DNA of 64,000 nucleotides from a virus (IMGVR_UViG_3300031853_000002:1-64000); one strand, 5' to 3'. Positions 8,151 to 18,828 are shown, counted from the stretch's first letter. Program-made: numbers and translations. Notes: generated by a model from the sequence alone, not told the origin.

Positions 8151-8289
8151 ATTCTGTTATTGATACTTGCCCCATGTCTGGGTTTTCGACTACTCCCTTA
8201 TCAAACGACATTATTAAGATGCCATCTGAATTGATTCCGAAATCTACACGAGATGTCTGGAACTTTCTACCTTTATATGTAAGTGTCAT
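8149..8289 (-). CDS. Small hypothetical protein, 46 aa
   Basis: Manual translation MTLTYKGRKFQTSRVDFGINSDG...; ATGA overlap fills the gap exactly. Confidence 0.55.
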   Translation of the reverse strand: MTLTYKGRKFQTSRVDFGINSDGILIMSFDKGVVENPDMGQVSITE

Positions 8290-8561
8290 AAAGCTTTCCT
8301 GAGATCAGCAAGTTCTTGTTCACGATTAAATATGATAGAACGTAGAGCTTCGGTAGCTCTTTGCTCATCATTACTGAGAAGTTCTTGAACATGCCACAGA
8401 AATACCTCTTCCTTGGAAATTCTTATTTTCTTTCCTTCTTTGGTAGTGATATAAATGTGGTGTCTGAAAAACTCATCCATTAGGATGTCATGCCACTTTT
8501 CCTCTTCAAGAGGAAGCTCGAGGCTGGTGTCAACCTCGAACTTAGAGTACTTTATCTTCAT
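8286..8561 (-). CDS. Hypothetical protein (MKIKYSKF...)
   Basis: ORF track trimmed to the ATG that overlaps the upstream TGA. Confidence 0.7.
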   Translation of the reverse strand: MKIKYSKFEVDTSLELPLEEEKWHDILMDEFFRHHIYITTKEGKKIRISKEEVFLWHVQELLSNDEQRATEALRSIIFNREQELADLRKAL

Positions 8562-8944
8562 ACGTACAAAGTCTTTAGATTTAACTTGTCTATCTGCTTC
8601 CATAGCCACTCAGACTTATCTTCTCCGTTGATATAGAGACGACAATACTTGAAAAAGTCTCTAATTTCTCTGGGATCTGGTCCAAATGTACGAGCTTCTT
8701 CTTGAATCCAAGCACAGAGTCTGCGAATACATGGAAGTAATGCTCCATATGTAGCGAAAGATTCCTCCTGATGCCCATATCCCCAAGGACCTGAAAGCTC
8801 AGTATATTGCACTACTACCTTAGAGGCTTTTGCAATTTCAACCAGTTCAGTGTTAGGCTCTGATAACCAGTACTTTGCCTGGTCTGGAGTATCACAATAG
8901 TCAATAACCTGACCTTTGTGAAGGATAGCATATTTGTATCTCAT
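8558..8944 (-). CDS. Hypothetical protein, 128 aa
   Basis: ORF track; preceded by the leader motif. Confidence 0.8.
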   Translation of the reverse strand: MRYKYAILHKGQVIDYCDTPDQAKYWLSEPNTELVEIAKASKVVVQYTELSGPWGYGHQEESFATYGALLPCIRRLCAWIQEEARTFGPDPREIRDFFKYCRLYINGEDKSEWLWKQIDKLNLKTLYV

Positions 8945-8982
8945 TGCTAGTTCTGGACTTACCTATACAGTCCTTAGGTTTT
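8945..8982 (-). promoter_or_regulatory. Pseudoknot-like 5' leader motif, copy 3
   Basis: AAAACCT-AA-GGAC-TGTATAGG-TAA-GTCC-AGAACTAGCA-ATG. Confidence 0.6.
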
Positions 8983-8986
8983 GGTG

Positions 8987-9151
8987 TCACATACACTTTG
9001 GACAAGAGATTCGTGTGACTTCGAAATCCTTGCCATATAACTGTCTCCAAAATGTGCAGTACTCTTTCTGGTCATCACCAGTAATGAGATACTCACAACC
9101 TCTCCCTGCACATGGAATACGAAGAGGCTTACGTGGATCAAAATGAGCCAT
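8987..9151 (-). CDS. Small Cys-rich protein, 54 aa
   Basis: Manual translation MAHFDPRKPLRIPCAGRGCEY...YC...CPKCM*. Confidence 0.5.
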   Translation of the reverse strand: MAHFDPRKPLRIPCAGRGCEYLITGDDQKEYCTFWRQLYGKDFEVTRISCPKCM

Positions 9152-9344
9152 ATATCTTTTTCAGTTGTTATCTACTTGACTCTAAAAATCTAGAATTGCT
9201 TCTAAAAATTCAGAATAATCTATTCACTACTTACAATGTACAATCTATATACTACTCTCCAATAGAAAAAATGGAGTATGGAAAATCAAGGTGAAAAGGT
9301 CGTGGATGGGATTCTGCCCCCGTGGCTTGGCCTCGGTGCACAAC

Positions 9345-9563
9345 TCAATCTCCTTTAAAATCCTTCAAATCCTTCATATCTATAATCTTGACCAGTTCTA
9401 CCTGGTGATGCCAACCAAAATAGAATGTGATGAACCAATCACCTCTAGCTTTTACAGGATGAGCTAAAAACTCTCTGTATTTAGGTAACTGGACTACATC
9501 ATCATTTATAAAGGTTGCCTTACAAGAAATGAATCTTTCAGACATGCTACTTGCAGCAAACAT
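9345..9563 (-). CDS. Hypothetical protein
   Basis: ORF track. Confidence 0.55.
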   Translation of the reverse strand: MFAASSMSERFISCKATFINDDVVQLPKYREFLAHPVKARGDWFITFYFGWHHQVELVKIIDMKDLKDFKGD

Positions 9564-9744
9564 ACAACTATTTTTAGCATAAACAACAAAGAACGGAGAG
9601 AAGAAGAGATGGAGTTGCGCGGACGCATACTCTCCTCCTCTCCTCCAATGAGCTTAGCTAGCGAAGCGGCGCTAAGTTCATTTCTCCTAGGTTACTCTGT
9701 ACCTACACACAGCCGAAGGCTGTGGGGATTGCTCCCCACTCGCC

Positions 9745-10185
9745 TTATGCCAACTGGAAGGTAGGAATAACCATCTGACCGTTCTGACCTGGGCGTGTCT
9801 TCAGGCTCTTAACCTTGAGAGCGAAACCTGTGCTGTCGGGATTCTCCTCGCAGTGGGTGTTAACCTTGCTGATGAAATCAGCCACGAGCTCCTGACGGGT
9901 TGTGCCTTCCAAGCCAAGCCCGTTGCCCTTTCGAGCAATCTGGGACAGACCTAACATAGTGCCCTCAACGGTCTCGAACTGAAGGAACTTGTCACCAGCG
10001 TTGGCGGCACCTGTGCCAATCGTACCAACGTGGATATTGTCCTCGGTGATAGTCTTAACGTGGTAGGTTTCGCCCTCCAGCAGGGGCATGCCCTGTGCTT
10101 CGCGGTTCCAAGACTCCTTCTGTGCGGCTGTGAACTGAGCGTCCATAACCGACTTAACGATGTTCATTGCTAATGCTTTTTCCAT
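9745..10185 (-). CDS. GC-rich first gene of the leftward early operon
   Basis: ORF track trimmed to MEKALAMN; visibly higher GC and C/G-ending codons. Confidence 0.75.
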   Translation of the reverse strand: MEKALAMNIVKSVMDAQFTAAQKESWNREAQGMPLLEGETYHVKTITEDNIHVGTIGTGAANAGDKFLQFETVEGTMLGLSQIARKGNGLGLEGTTRQELVADFISKVNTHCEENPDSTGFALKVKSLKTRPGQNGQMVIPTFQLA

Positions 10186-10476
10186 AATTGTAATGTTTTT
10201 TAGTGAATAAATGTTTTTGTTTTGCAACTCAAATATGGTGGAGGGGCTAAGGGGGTAGTGAGGTCTCGTTCTCATATTTTTCAAAAAATTTTAAATTTGG
10301 AAAATTTCTATAGAAGAAAAACTTAATAATATAAGCACTTTTACTGCAAAATACCCAGGGAGGTGTATTTTAAATAATTAATTTCCTAATTTATATATAA
10401 TAATATTAATATAAGTTAATTTCTTTTTATATAGGGGAGGGAGCATTATATTAGCAATGTAATAATTAATAAGAAT

Positions 10477-10824
10477 ATGAAACAACTTACTAAACAAGAA
10501 CTGATAGAGCTGAATGAGGCTCTTAAAGAGTTTAGTCCTTCTTTACTTGGTTTCGGTAACTATTCAGTAACTGCTTCTCAGGAAAAGAATAAACTCATAA
10601 TAACAATAGAGGGAAAGGACTATCAACAAGAATTTGAAGACTATTTAAAGACATTAGATGATGATATTTTTGTAGAAGCTTGTGCTCAATATACAAAGAA
10701 AACAGGACAAGACTTATCTAAAATTAAAGAAGTTACTCCACAGCTTATTAACAACTTTAAAACCATTGTAAAGATTGTTGCTAAAATGAAGGTGGACGCT
10801 ATTCGTGAAAAATACTCCATATGA
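10477..10824 (+). CDS. Hypothetical protein, 115 aa
   Basis: ORF track. Confidence 0.8.
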   Translation: MKQLTKQELIELNEALKEFSPSLLGFGNYSVTASQEKNKLIITIEGKDYQQEFEDYLKTLDDDIFVEACAQYTKKTGQDLSKIKEVTPQLINNFKTIVKIVAKMKVDAIREKYSI

Positions 10825-10988
10825 TTGATACTAAGAAAACTTTACAGAATCTTCACGAGAGATTTCCTGACCTAGACTTGGATGATTTATTTGCTATACT
10901 TGAATGTATAGTTGAACCTTTTCCTGTATGGAGTACTAATACAATGACTATTCCTGGAGATCCAATTCTAGGACCAAAAATTTACTAA
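10821..10988 (+). CDS. Small hypothetical protein, 55 aa
   Basis: ATGA overlap; MIDTKKTLQNLHERFPDLDLDDLFAILEC... Confidence 0.6.
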   Translation: MIDTKKTLQNLHERFPDLDLDDLFAILECIVEPFPVWSTNTMTIPGDPILGPKIY

Positions 10989-11082
10989 GTACTTAGATTA
11001 AATTCTCTATTGAGAATTATGGAAGAAGAGTGATGGACTTCTTCCTTTTATTACATGAACTTAGTAATGCTAAGTTCAATTT

Positions 11083-11169
11083 TGGGGTATGGTGTAATGG
11101 TAGCACAGCGGACTCTAAATCCGTAGCCCTCTGAAGGCGTAAGTGTGGGTTCGAATCCTACTACCCCAA
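11083..11169 (+). tRNA. Amber suppressor tRNA (CUA), tRNA-Gln-like backbone, long variable arm
   Basis: Acceptor TGGGGTA/TACCCCA (U1-A72); D arm GTGT AATGGTA GCAC; GCGGA-CT CTA AA-TCCGT (anticodon 11115-11117); 20-nt variable region; GTGGG-TTCGAAT-CCTAC. Confidence 0.92.
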
Positions 11170-11193
11170 CTAACCTTTAAATATTAAATGTTT

Positions 11194-11340
11194 ATGAATA
11201 ATGATTTATGGAAAGAGTTATTTAAAGCTCATGTTGATGCAGCAAAAGCTATTTATAGGCTTGCAAAAGATTATAACATACTAAATGAACAAGAATTTTT
11301 AGATTGGCAAGACGAACTTAATGCTATTTCTGTACTATGA
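11194..11340 (+). CDS. Small hypothetical protein, 48 aa
   Basis: MNNDLWKELFKAHVDAAKAIY...; TGA overlaps the next ATG. Confidence 0.55.
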   Translation: MNNDLWKELFKAHVDAAKAIYRLAKDYNILNEQEFLDWQDELNAISVL

Positions 11341-11750
11341 ATGTAATATATCCAAGAACTAAAACAGTATTCTTAGCTGGAACTATCGATAATGGAAATA
11401 GTACAAACTGGCAAGAGGAACTTATAGATATGTGTAAAAACAAAGATACTGTATTCTTCAATCCACGTAGAAAAGACTGGACGGGAGAACTATCTAAAGA
11501 AGAACTAGAATACCAAATTAAATGGGAACAAGCACATCTTGATCAAGCAGATATTATTATAATGTGCCTTTTAGATAATTCTACATCTCCAATATCTCTA
11601 CTAGAACTTGGACTATATGCACAATCGGGTAAGTTACTTGTATTCTGCAATAAAGCATTCTATAGATATGATAATATAAGATTAACCTGCCAAAAATATA
11701 ACATACCTTTATATCCTTATGACTTATCACTTATTAAGGATATACTTTAA
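11337..11750 (+). CDS. Nucleoside 2-deoxyribosyltransferase-like protein
   Basis: VFLAGTID..NWQ..FFNPRR..QIKWE..HL..AD..SPISLLELGL motifs. Confidence 0.85.
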   Translation: MNVIYPRTKTVFLAGTIDNGNSTNWQEELIDMCKNKDTVFFNPRRKDWTGELSKEELEYQIKWEQAHLDQADIIIMCLLDNSTSPISLLELGLYAQSGKLLVFCNKAFYRYDNIRLTCQKYNIPLYPYDLSLIKDIL

Positions 11751-11775
11751 TGAAGCCGGCTAAATGCGACAATCA

Positions 11776-11816
11776 GGCATACTTCTTCTTTAAATAGAGG
11801 AGGTATGCCTTTTTTC
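11776..11816 (+). terminator. Intrinsic terminator
   Basis: AGGCATACTTCTTCT...AGAGGAGGTATGCCT-TTTTT. Confidence 0.8.
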
Positions 11817-11850
11817 GTGTAGATAAGATATATACTTTGGACAGTACATA

Positions 11851-11884
11851 TAAAAATAAAGGCCCTCCTTTTACTGGAGAGCCT
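11851..11884 (-). terminator. Intrinsic terminator of the convergent operon
   Basis: AGGCTCTCC-AGTAAAA-GGAGGGCCT-TTATTTTT. Confidence 0.7.
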
Positions 11885-11900
11885 ATTTATTATATAAGAA

Positions 11901-12614
11901 TTATAAATTATTAAACTTTTTCATGTAAGTACTTACACCTGTACCATTAACATCCTTTCTATCTTGATTTTTAAAAGCAAATGCTCTTACACCTCCTGGG
12001 CCTCCTAACCAAGCACCTGCTATTATAGCACTGTCAGAATAACCCATCTAATGTAATCTTTGTATTTCTGTTTTAGAAAAACTATTTATAAAATAATTAG
12101 CCAGATTATTAGCTGCTTGTATCTAAAGTACAGGAGAGTTTCTAAAGGTATTTAAATCTACACCTGCATATTGTCCTACATTATTATAATTTTTACCTCT
12201 GTAGTTACCCTACATAAATTGGAAATAACCAAAGGCAGGAACTCCCCTACTATTTCCTATATTATGTCTAAACCCAGATTCCTAGTATGCTAATCTTGTT
12301 AGTAAATTCCTTCTAGATGCTAACTATCCAGTAGTATCAGATTTTAAAGCTTGATCGTATGCTAAATTAAAATTGGCCAATCTCTAAGACTTAGGAAGAT
12401 CTGGAAGTTTACTCTACTTTATTACTCTTTTTACTGGATTAGCTTTTTGAGGCTGTTCTTCCTCCTATATAATTAACTAAGTAGGAGGGAGAGGTTCTGC
12501 ATTATCCATCTATAAATTACTAATACTTATTGGTTCATAGGACTCTAGTTCTGGAATCTTAGAAACAAAAGTAGGATTTTCAATATATTTAACTTGGTAA
12601 TTTGAGTAATCCAT
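11901..12614 (-). CDS. SLT/lysozyme-like lytic transglycosylase (recoded), 237 aa
   Basis: Open with TAG=Q; LAYQESGF...AFGYFQFM...AGAWLGGPGGV; absent from the standard-code track. Confidence 0.8.
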
Positions 12615-12840
12615 TATGTAACTTTTTATGACAGTTAGAACATATACATATACACTTATCTAGTTCCTTTTTAAATAGGTCTGTAGGTATATGACTAGCT
12701 GCCTCTGATATATTATATAGCTTATCTCTTAAATGATGAAACTCTAAACAACACTTAGCTTCTTCTCCACATATACAACATTTAGTTTTTCTTTCCTATA
12801 ATATTCTTTTATTTTCCTTATAAAACTTATTTTTCTTCAT
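12589..12840 (-). CDS. Small HNH endonuclease (recoded), 83 aa
   Basis: CCICG...LEFHH...KCICICSNCHKKLH; one in-frame TAG. Confidence 0.8.
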
Positions 12841-15800
12841 ATACTTCCTCCGAGACGGTGCTTGAAGTGCCTTGCATTGTCAGCAAATGTAGCTCTCTTT
12901 ATTAAGGTAGGATTACCACTGGCTTTAGCTTTAGCTATACAAGCAGAAGTTACATTACCACCACAGTATGCAGTAAACTTACCTCTATTCTTCTTTTTTA
13001 TATGGATTTTATGCCCTTCTTTAAATTGTTCTATTGCGTTCAATTTACCTCCTTGTTTCTTATATTCAGAAGTTGATAGCCACGATTTAAACTCAGGAGA
13101 ATTATAAACCATATTACCTCTCTCCTCCACTAACTATGGATAATTGGTTTGATTATAATTATACTTTCTAGGATTCTATTTATAAAATTCAAAACCTGCT
13201 TGTAAAACATTTTTATTAGGATTAAAATTACTTAATAGTTTTTTTGCCTAGTTATCCGAATAATTTTCACCCAATTTTAACTATTCCCTGTATCTTTTTA
13301 AGAAATCTTCGTCACCAAAAGGTCCTTCTCTTCCGTAATCACCCATATTTCCAACAGATTTTTTATATGCAATATTTTTTAATCCTAAATAAGGATTCTA
13401 TTCTTCATAATGAAAATTTATTAAATCTTTGGGATTTAGTGCTTTTCCTTCATTTATGTGCTATCCTCCGTTAAGTGCTTTTGCTAATTGATATGCAAAA
13501 TCATCTCCAGCTAATTTTTTAAGAGATGAATCTACAGTAGGATTTCCTAAAGAAGTTTCTTTAGCTACCAATCCTACGGCTGTTTTAAGTGGAAGTCCAG
13601 AAATTTTTGCGTATTTAGCAATACTATCTAATAAATTAGTAGATAATTTTGCTCCTGTATATAATCCTGCATTTGTTAAAGTTATTTCTTTATCTTTTAT
13701 AAATGGAATTTCTGTTTCATCATATTTAAATTTTCTATCGAAATTTTCAGATTTTTTATCTATTCTTACATCAGCTCTTTTATCTTTTCCTTCAACAACA
13801 TTAGTAGCAAAAACATCTGACATAGCATTATCAGATATTCTGTCCCATCCACCATTTTTCTCATCTGGAATATATCTATAACCATCTTTCTATCTCTTAA
13901 TAGGTTTCTTTATAGGACCTCCTGCTGCAGTCTACATTTTTCTAATTTTATTTATCTTTCCTCCTTGTTTCTAATATTGTAATTGTTGCTATGGTTGATT
14001 AAATAAATTATATAAAGTATATCCACCAGCTACTGGTAATAGATAACTAGGTACTTTAATCATTGCCTATCTTAATTGTTCTATTTTAGTTGGAGTTAAT
14101 TTATTATTCTTTTTTAAATAATTAATATATCTTTTACCATAACCATTAGAATTTTCTACAGCATTAACAATGTCTTCAGGCTAAACATATTTTATGATTT
14201 TATTCTAAAAATCTATCATATCAGTAGAATAACCTCGTTTAGAAGAATCTATTATAAAATCATGTTTATTCTATAAATACTTTCCTTTACTAGTTAATAA
14301 TACATCACGAGCATCTCTATTTGTAGTTACTCTTTCTCTATCCATATGCTGATAATCTTTTAAACTTCCAGCATCTTCATGCTTAGGAATCTCTAAAAAA
14401 TCTTTGTCATAAGCTTTTTCAAGAGTATTTATTACATCATCAGTCATAGAGGTATTATAATCAATTAAATGTCTTCCCTCATGTTTCATTATATATTCAG
14501 GAGTAAACTTAGAGTCTTTTAAGTGAGCGTCTCTATTAACTGAGATAAAGTTAGATTCCTTATTATAAAATCCTCCAAAGTCCTAAGCTCCTGCAGCATT
14601 ATATTCCTAATCAGAATACATTCCAACTTTTACTTTATTCATTTCTTCATTTACCTTATCAATATACTATTGAATTTCTCTTTCAGAGTACCCATTCTTT
14701 CTCATAGCCCTGACAGCTCTTTCTACAGTATTCTAATTAAGATAAGATTGTATATGTTCAGGTAAACCTTGTTGTACATTTGCTGCATCTCTTAATCCTT
14801 CTAAAGTATATTCTTTTCCATTAATTTTCTACTAAGCAAAAAACTGTTTAAGAAAATCCATACTACCTTTAGGATCTTCCATACGGTAATCATAAGATGC
14901 TCCGACAATATTATTTCCAGAAGGTTTCCTTTCAAAAAATGCTAAAGAAGTTGAAGGCTCTTGGACTAATTTTTTATAACCATATCCAGGTTTCCAAGAA
15001 AATACCTAAGAATTTTCAGGAGTAACTTCTCCTATGTAACTAGAGATTCTTCTAGTTCCAGCTTTAGCTTCACTTGCTGTAATCCCTCCTTTAGAATTTC
15101 CTAGTCTAAGTTGTTTATTTGTAACTATTAAATCTCCTTCTCCTGCAGGAAACCATAGTTTTCCCTAAGAATACATAGGTCTCATATCAGTAAATCCAGG
15201 ATCTATTCCAGCTCTTTGTTTAAGAGTTGGTTTAAAAGTTCCATTCCAAAAACCTAGCAAATTTTCTGTTTCTTTGGGAGTATAAGCATATCCAGTTTTT
15301 AAAAAATTCTATCCACCCCCATTTCCAATTTGTCTATACGCTAACTAAGGATTATCTATTTCTACATCTCCAACCTTTGTTCTTGTTTCTGCTTTAGGAA
15401 TCTCTATATTAGGTTTATTTTTAGTAGCTTTATTAATTTCTCTAGCAACTACAGCAGCTTTAGCTGGTTTAACTCCAGCCTTGGCAGCAGTATTTACAAC
15501 TACTCTAGGAGTAGATTTAACTCCTTTTATTACTTTAGGTCCAACATATAATTCACCTAATCTTCCAATTGCTTGCCAAGCAGGAGCCCAGGAAGCAACT
15601 TCCTCTTCTCCTTTTCTAGCATCTAGACCATGTCCATTCCATACAGCAGCTCCATAATTAAGTGGACTAACCCAAGTCATTGCTTTTCCCATAGCCTGTT
15701 CAGAAGCTTCTGATTGTTCTCTCTATCTTTTAGCATCTTCAGCATTTCTTGCATAACTAACTTGTCCCGTCGTTCCATAAGTAGGACTAGTAAATCCAGC

Positions 15801-15956
15801 ATTTAAAAATTTACCTATTGCTCCTAATCCTTTTAAAAATGCTGAACCAAGAGCATTAGCTCCATTTTTTATGTTATCTACAGATAAATATAATGGTCCT
15901 CCTGCCGCAGTCTACATTTTACGAATTTGTCCACCATCTTTTAAGTGATATATCAT
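12837..15956 (-). CDS. Multidomain putative virion cargo protein (recoded), 1039 aa: zincin HExxH, lysozyme-like and IHIKxxNRGKFT domains
   Basis: Four track ORFs in one frame joined by TAG; GGFY...KHEGRH...ERVT; AVGLVAKETSLG...KYN..NY; C-terminal KIHIKKKNRGKFT...KRATFADNARHFKH; ATGA overlaps at both ends. Confidence 0.8.
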
Positions 15957-18652
15957 TTCTTTTCCTCCTTTCTTGGTATTAAAAATGGAATAGTAGCAGG
16001 AGCAATCTTCAATAATGTTCTTAATTCATCAAAGAATTTTGGATTTTCTCTCGGACCTATCTCAGCATAATCTACTCCATAGCCATTTGTATTACTTAAC
16101 ATATAATTAAGCTGTTCATCTGGAATTTCATCAACTACCTATTCAAAGTACGGTCTTATAGTTTCTAAATCATATTTTTTCACATTAGGATTTCTTACCA
16201 CTGCTCTATTATAAGCCATATTATTATATATATTTCTGACCATTTCACCAATAGTTGCTCTTAATTCTTCTTTTTTCAGTGAACCTCTGCCTATTGGTGT
16301 AGTTTCTCCATTATTATGTTTAATAACAAATTCAATTTTATTATTTGAAGTCTTAATAGCTTGTAAGTTCTAAGTTATTTTAGATATAAAATCTTCGTAA
16401 AGTTTCCACATTTCTGGAGTTAAAAACTTCTAAGTTCCATGCATATTACGTTCATGATGCATAGTAGTAGCTATAGATTGTAATGCACTTATTCCATCTT
16501 CAGGATATCCAGGATCTACAATACTAGTTCCATTATTATGAAAATATGTTCCTAGAATTCCAGGGTTATTATAATATCCCACATAACTAGTACGTCCAGA
16601 ATTAAGAGTTACTAGGTCTCTTATACTCTTCTTGCCATATAAAGGAAGTTCTCCTATGGTATTATCTACATCCAATCCGAAGTTCTTCATTCTTCTTAGA
16701 ATTTCTTGTGCATGTGCTTTTAGATTAGATTGTGGATATATTTTAAATACTGGATTAAATCCTTTATTAAAGAAATTCATAAGAGTTTCTTGATTAGTAT
16801 TACTTCTATCGAAAGGCTCAGTTTTTATTCCTTTAGCTTTTAATCTATTCCATACATGATTTATATATGCCGGGTAAGAAAGTTCTTTCCAACCCTATTT
16901 ATCTGGGATATATACATTTTGTTTTGAGTCATTACTTTCAACAGGCTTCTAGAATATATTTACAGGTCCATTTACTGCAGGTCTTTCTCCTACTTTTGGG
17001 GTTTTAATAAAACTAGTTCCTTCATAAGTCTTTACAGTCTTACCATCCTTATCAAGATATTGTAATATTCCTTTAGTTCCAGGAGTAAATCTTGAATCTT
17101 TAGATAATCTTTGTAATCCTGCAACAGTTCCTCTAGTACCATAATTACCTGGACCTGATTTAGGAAATAGTATTTCAGCACCATCAGGTAATGTTTCATA
17201 AAGAGTTTGAAATAAATTACTCTTTTCTACATTATTAATATTGCCTGGAATATGCTTTTTTACATCATCCCAAACTCTCATATGGATATAATATTTATTA
17301 TTTCCTTTAGGTTCCATAACAATTTCTCTTGGCTTAGCATCAGTATGTGTAGGTAACTATATTCTAGTTTTACCATTTATATTTCTTACAACAATACCAT
17401 TTCTCATATCAGCCATCTTGGTAGCTTTTCCAAGAAGAGTTGTAGGAGATCCCATATGTTCAGCAATAGCTATATATTGAGCATTAGTTAAATTAGGAAA
17501 CACTTGCTTAGCAAGCTCCGCACCTATTTGAGCATGTCCATCACCTGCTATTATTTTTCCAAAATCATGTCCTAAAGCAGCAATCATCTAATCCTACTTA
17601 GTATAACCCTCTGGAGTAGGAATCTCCCAAGCACTCTATACTACATTTTTAGTATGATGATATGTGGTAGGATCATTTTGATGCCATTCGGGATTTTCAA
17701 GTCTGTGCTCCATTTTATAAGCTCCTTTTCCAAATTGTTTAGCAACTGTATGCTAAACATACATAGCCTTTCTTGGATTAATTGTTCCATTAGAATTTAC
17801 TATTTCATTTATATCGAATCTTGGACCTCTATATAAAGGATATGTACCAGGAGGTACTAGTCTAGATTGTTTACTCTTAGTAACTTCTGGTGTAGGCTAT
17901 ACTTTTATCTTTTCCCACCATCCAAATGGACTTTTTTCATAAATATCAGCATTAGTAAGATCTACAGGTTTATCTGTAACTCTTTCAGTTTTTATAATAA
18001 AACCTCTACCTTTACCTGCACTTTGTCCAACTGGTTCTTTTAAATCGAAAGGATGTTTAAACTGTGCATTTCCATCTACTACTATATATCTAGTAGGACT
18101 AAGAGGACCTTCTTTCGCTTTATGTACATTCATGTAAGGATTATCAGTATTCCACCAAGTATAATTCTTCTAACCTTCTCTCTTTGTTTTTCCTGGTATA
18201 AGCTTACCATTTATTATAGAAGCTCCTCTATTTTCTTGATATATAGACTTACCATTACCTTTATCATAATGTACAAGTTTTCCAGACCCTTTAGGATTAG
18301 TAACAAATTTTTCTATAAAGTTATTTAGTAACTTAAACTAGTTAACTGGACCTTTTACTACATCATTAAACTCTCTAGCAACTCTTGCTGTTCTTACTAA
18401 ATTTGCAAAGTTTTTTATACCTACACCTGGAGCCTCTCCATAATGTAAATCTGGATTTTCTGGACTATAGCCTCCAAATAAAGCAGAGATTGCATTTCCA
18501 AAGTTAGTTGCATTTGGACCTTCTTTTAAAAAGTTAGAAGCTATATTTAGATTCCTTTTTAATTTCTAACCTATAGAAAGCTATGAATATTCTTTATATT
18601 TTCTTCTTGCTTCAGATCTTATCTTATCTCCATTTTGTAATTTTATAATCAT
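15953..18652 (-). CDS. Multidomain putative virion cargo protein (recoded), 899 aa: HD domain and zincin-like domain
   Basis: Four track ORFs in one frame; WHQND.TTYHHT...AALGHDFGK..GHAQIGA...EHM...KMAD; LGTY...MHHERNMHG...ELRA. Confidence 0.8.
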
Positions 18653-18828
18653 GTTATATAATAAAAATCAGTTCTTAATTGTTCATCTGTCAAATCATAC
18701 TTTTTATAATCTCTATTCTACATATAAACACACTATCTGTAGTAGTCATATTTAAAGTATCCCTTGTAATTAGGTAATAGTCCCCAATGACCTTTTATAA
18801 TATATGGTGTTACTTCTTCAAGTGTCAT
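18649..18828 (-). CDS. Small hypothetical protein (recoded), 59 aa
   Basis: MTLEEVTPYIIKGHWGLLPNYKGYFKYD...; ATGA overlaps on both sides. Confidence 0.65.

Noticed and set aside
2629-9294. Plus-strand track ORFs in the early region (2629, 3445, 3816, 4364, 6502, 6796, 7079, 7648, 8093, 8934, 9112)
   Set aside because: Antisense shadows of better minus-strand genes or of structured RNA; no motifs
1560-11200. Theta (minimal HDV-like) ribozymes downstream of the tRNAs
   Set aside because: Known beside suppressor tRNAs in recoded gut phages, but I could not build the P1/P2/P3 double pseudoknot in any 3' trailer; a motif search is still advisable
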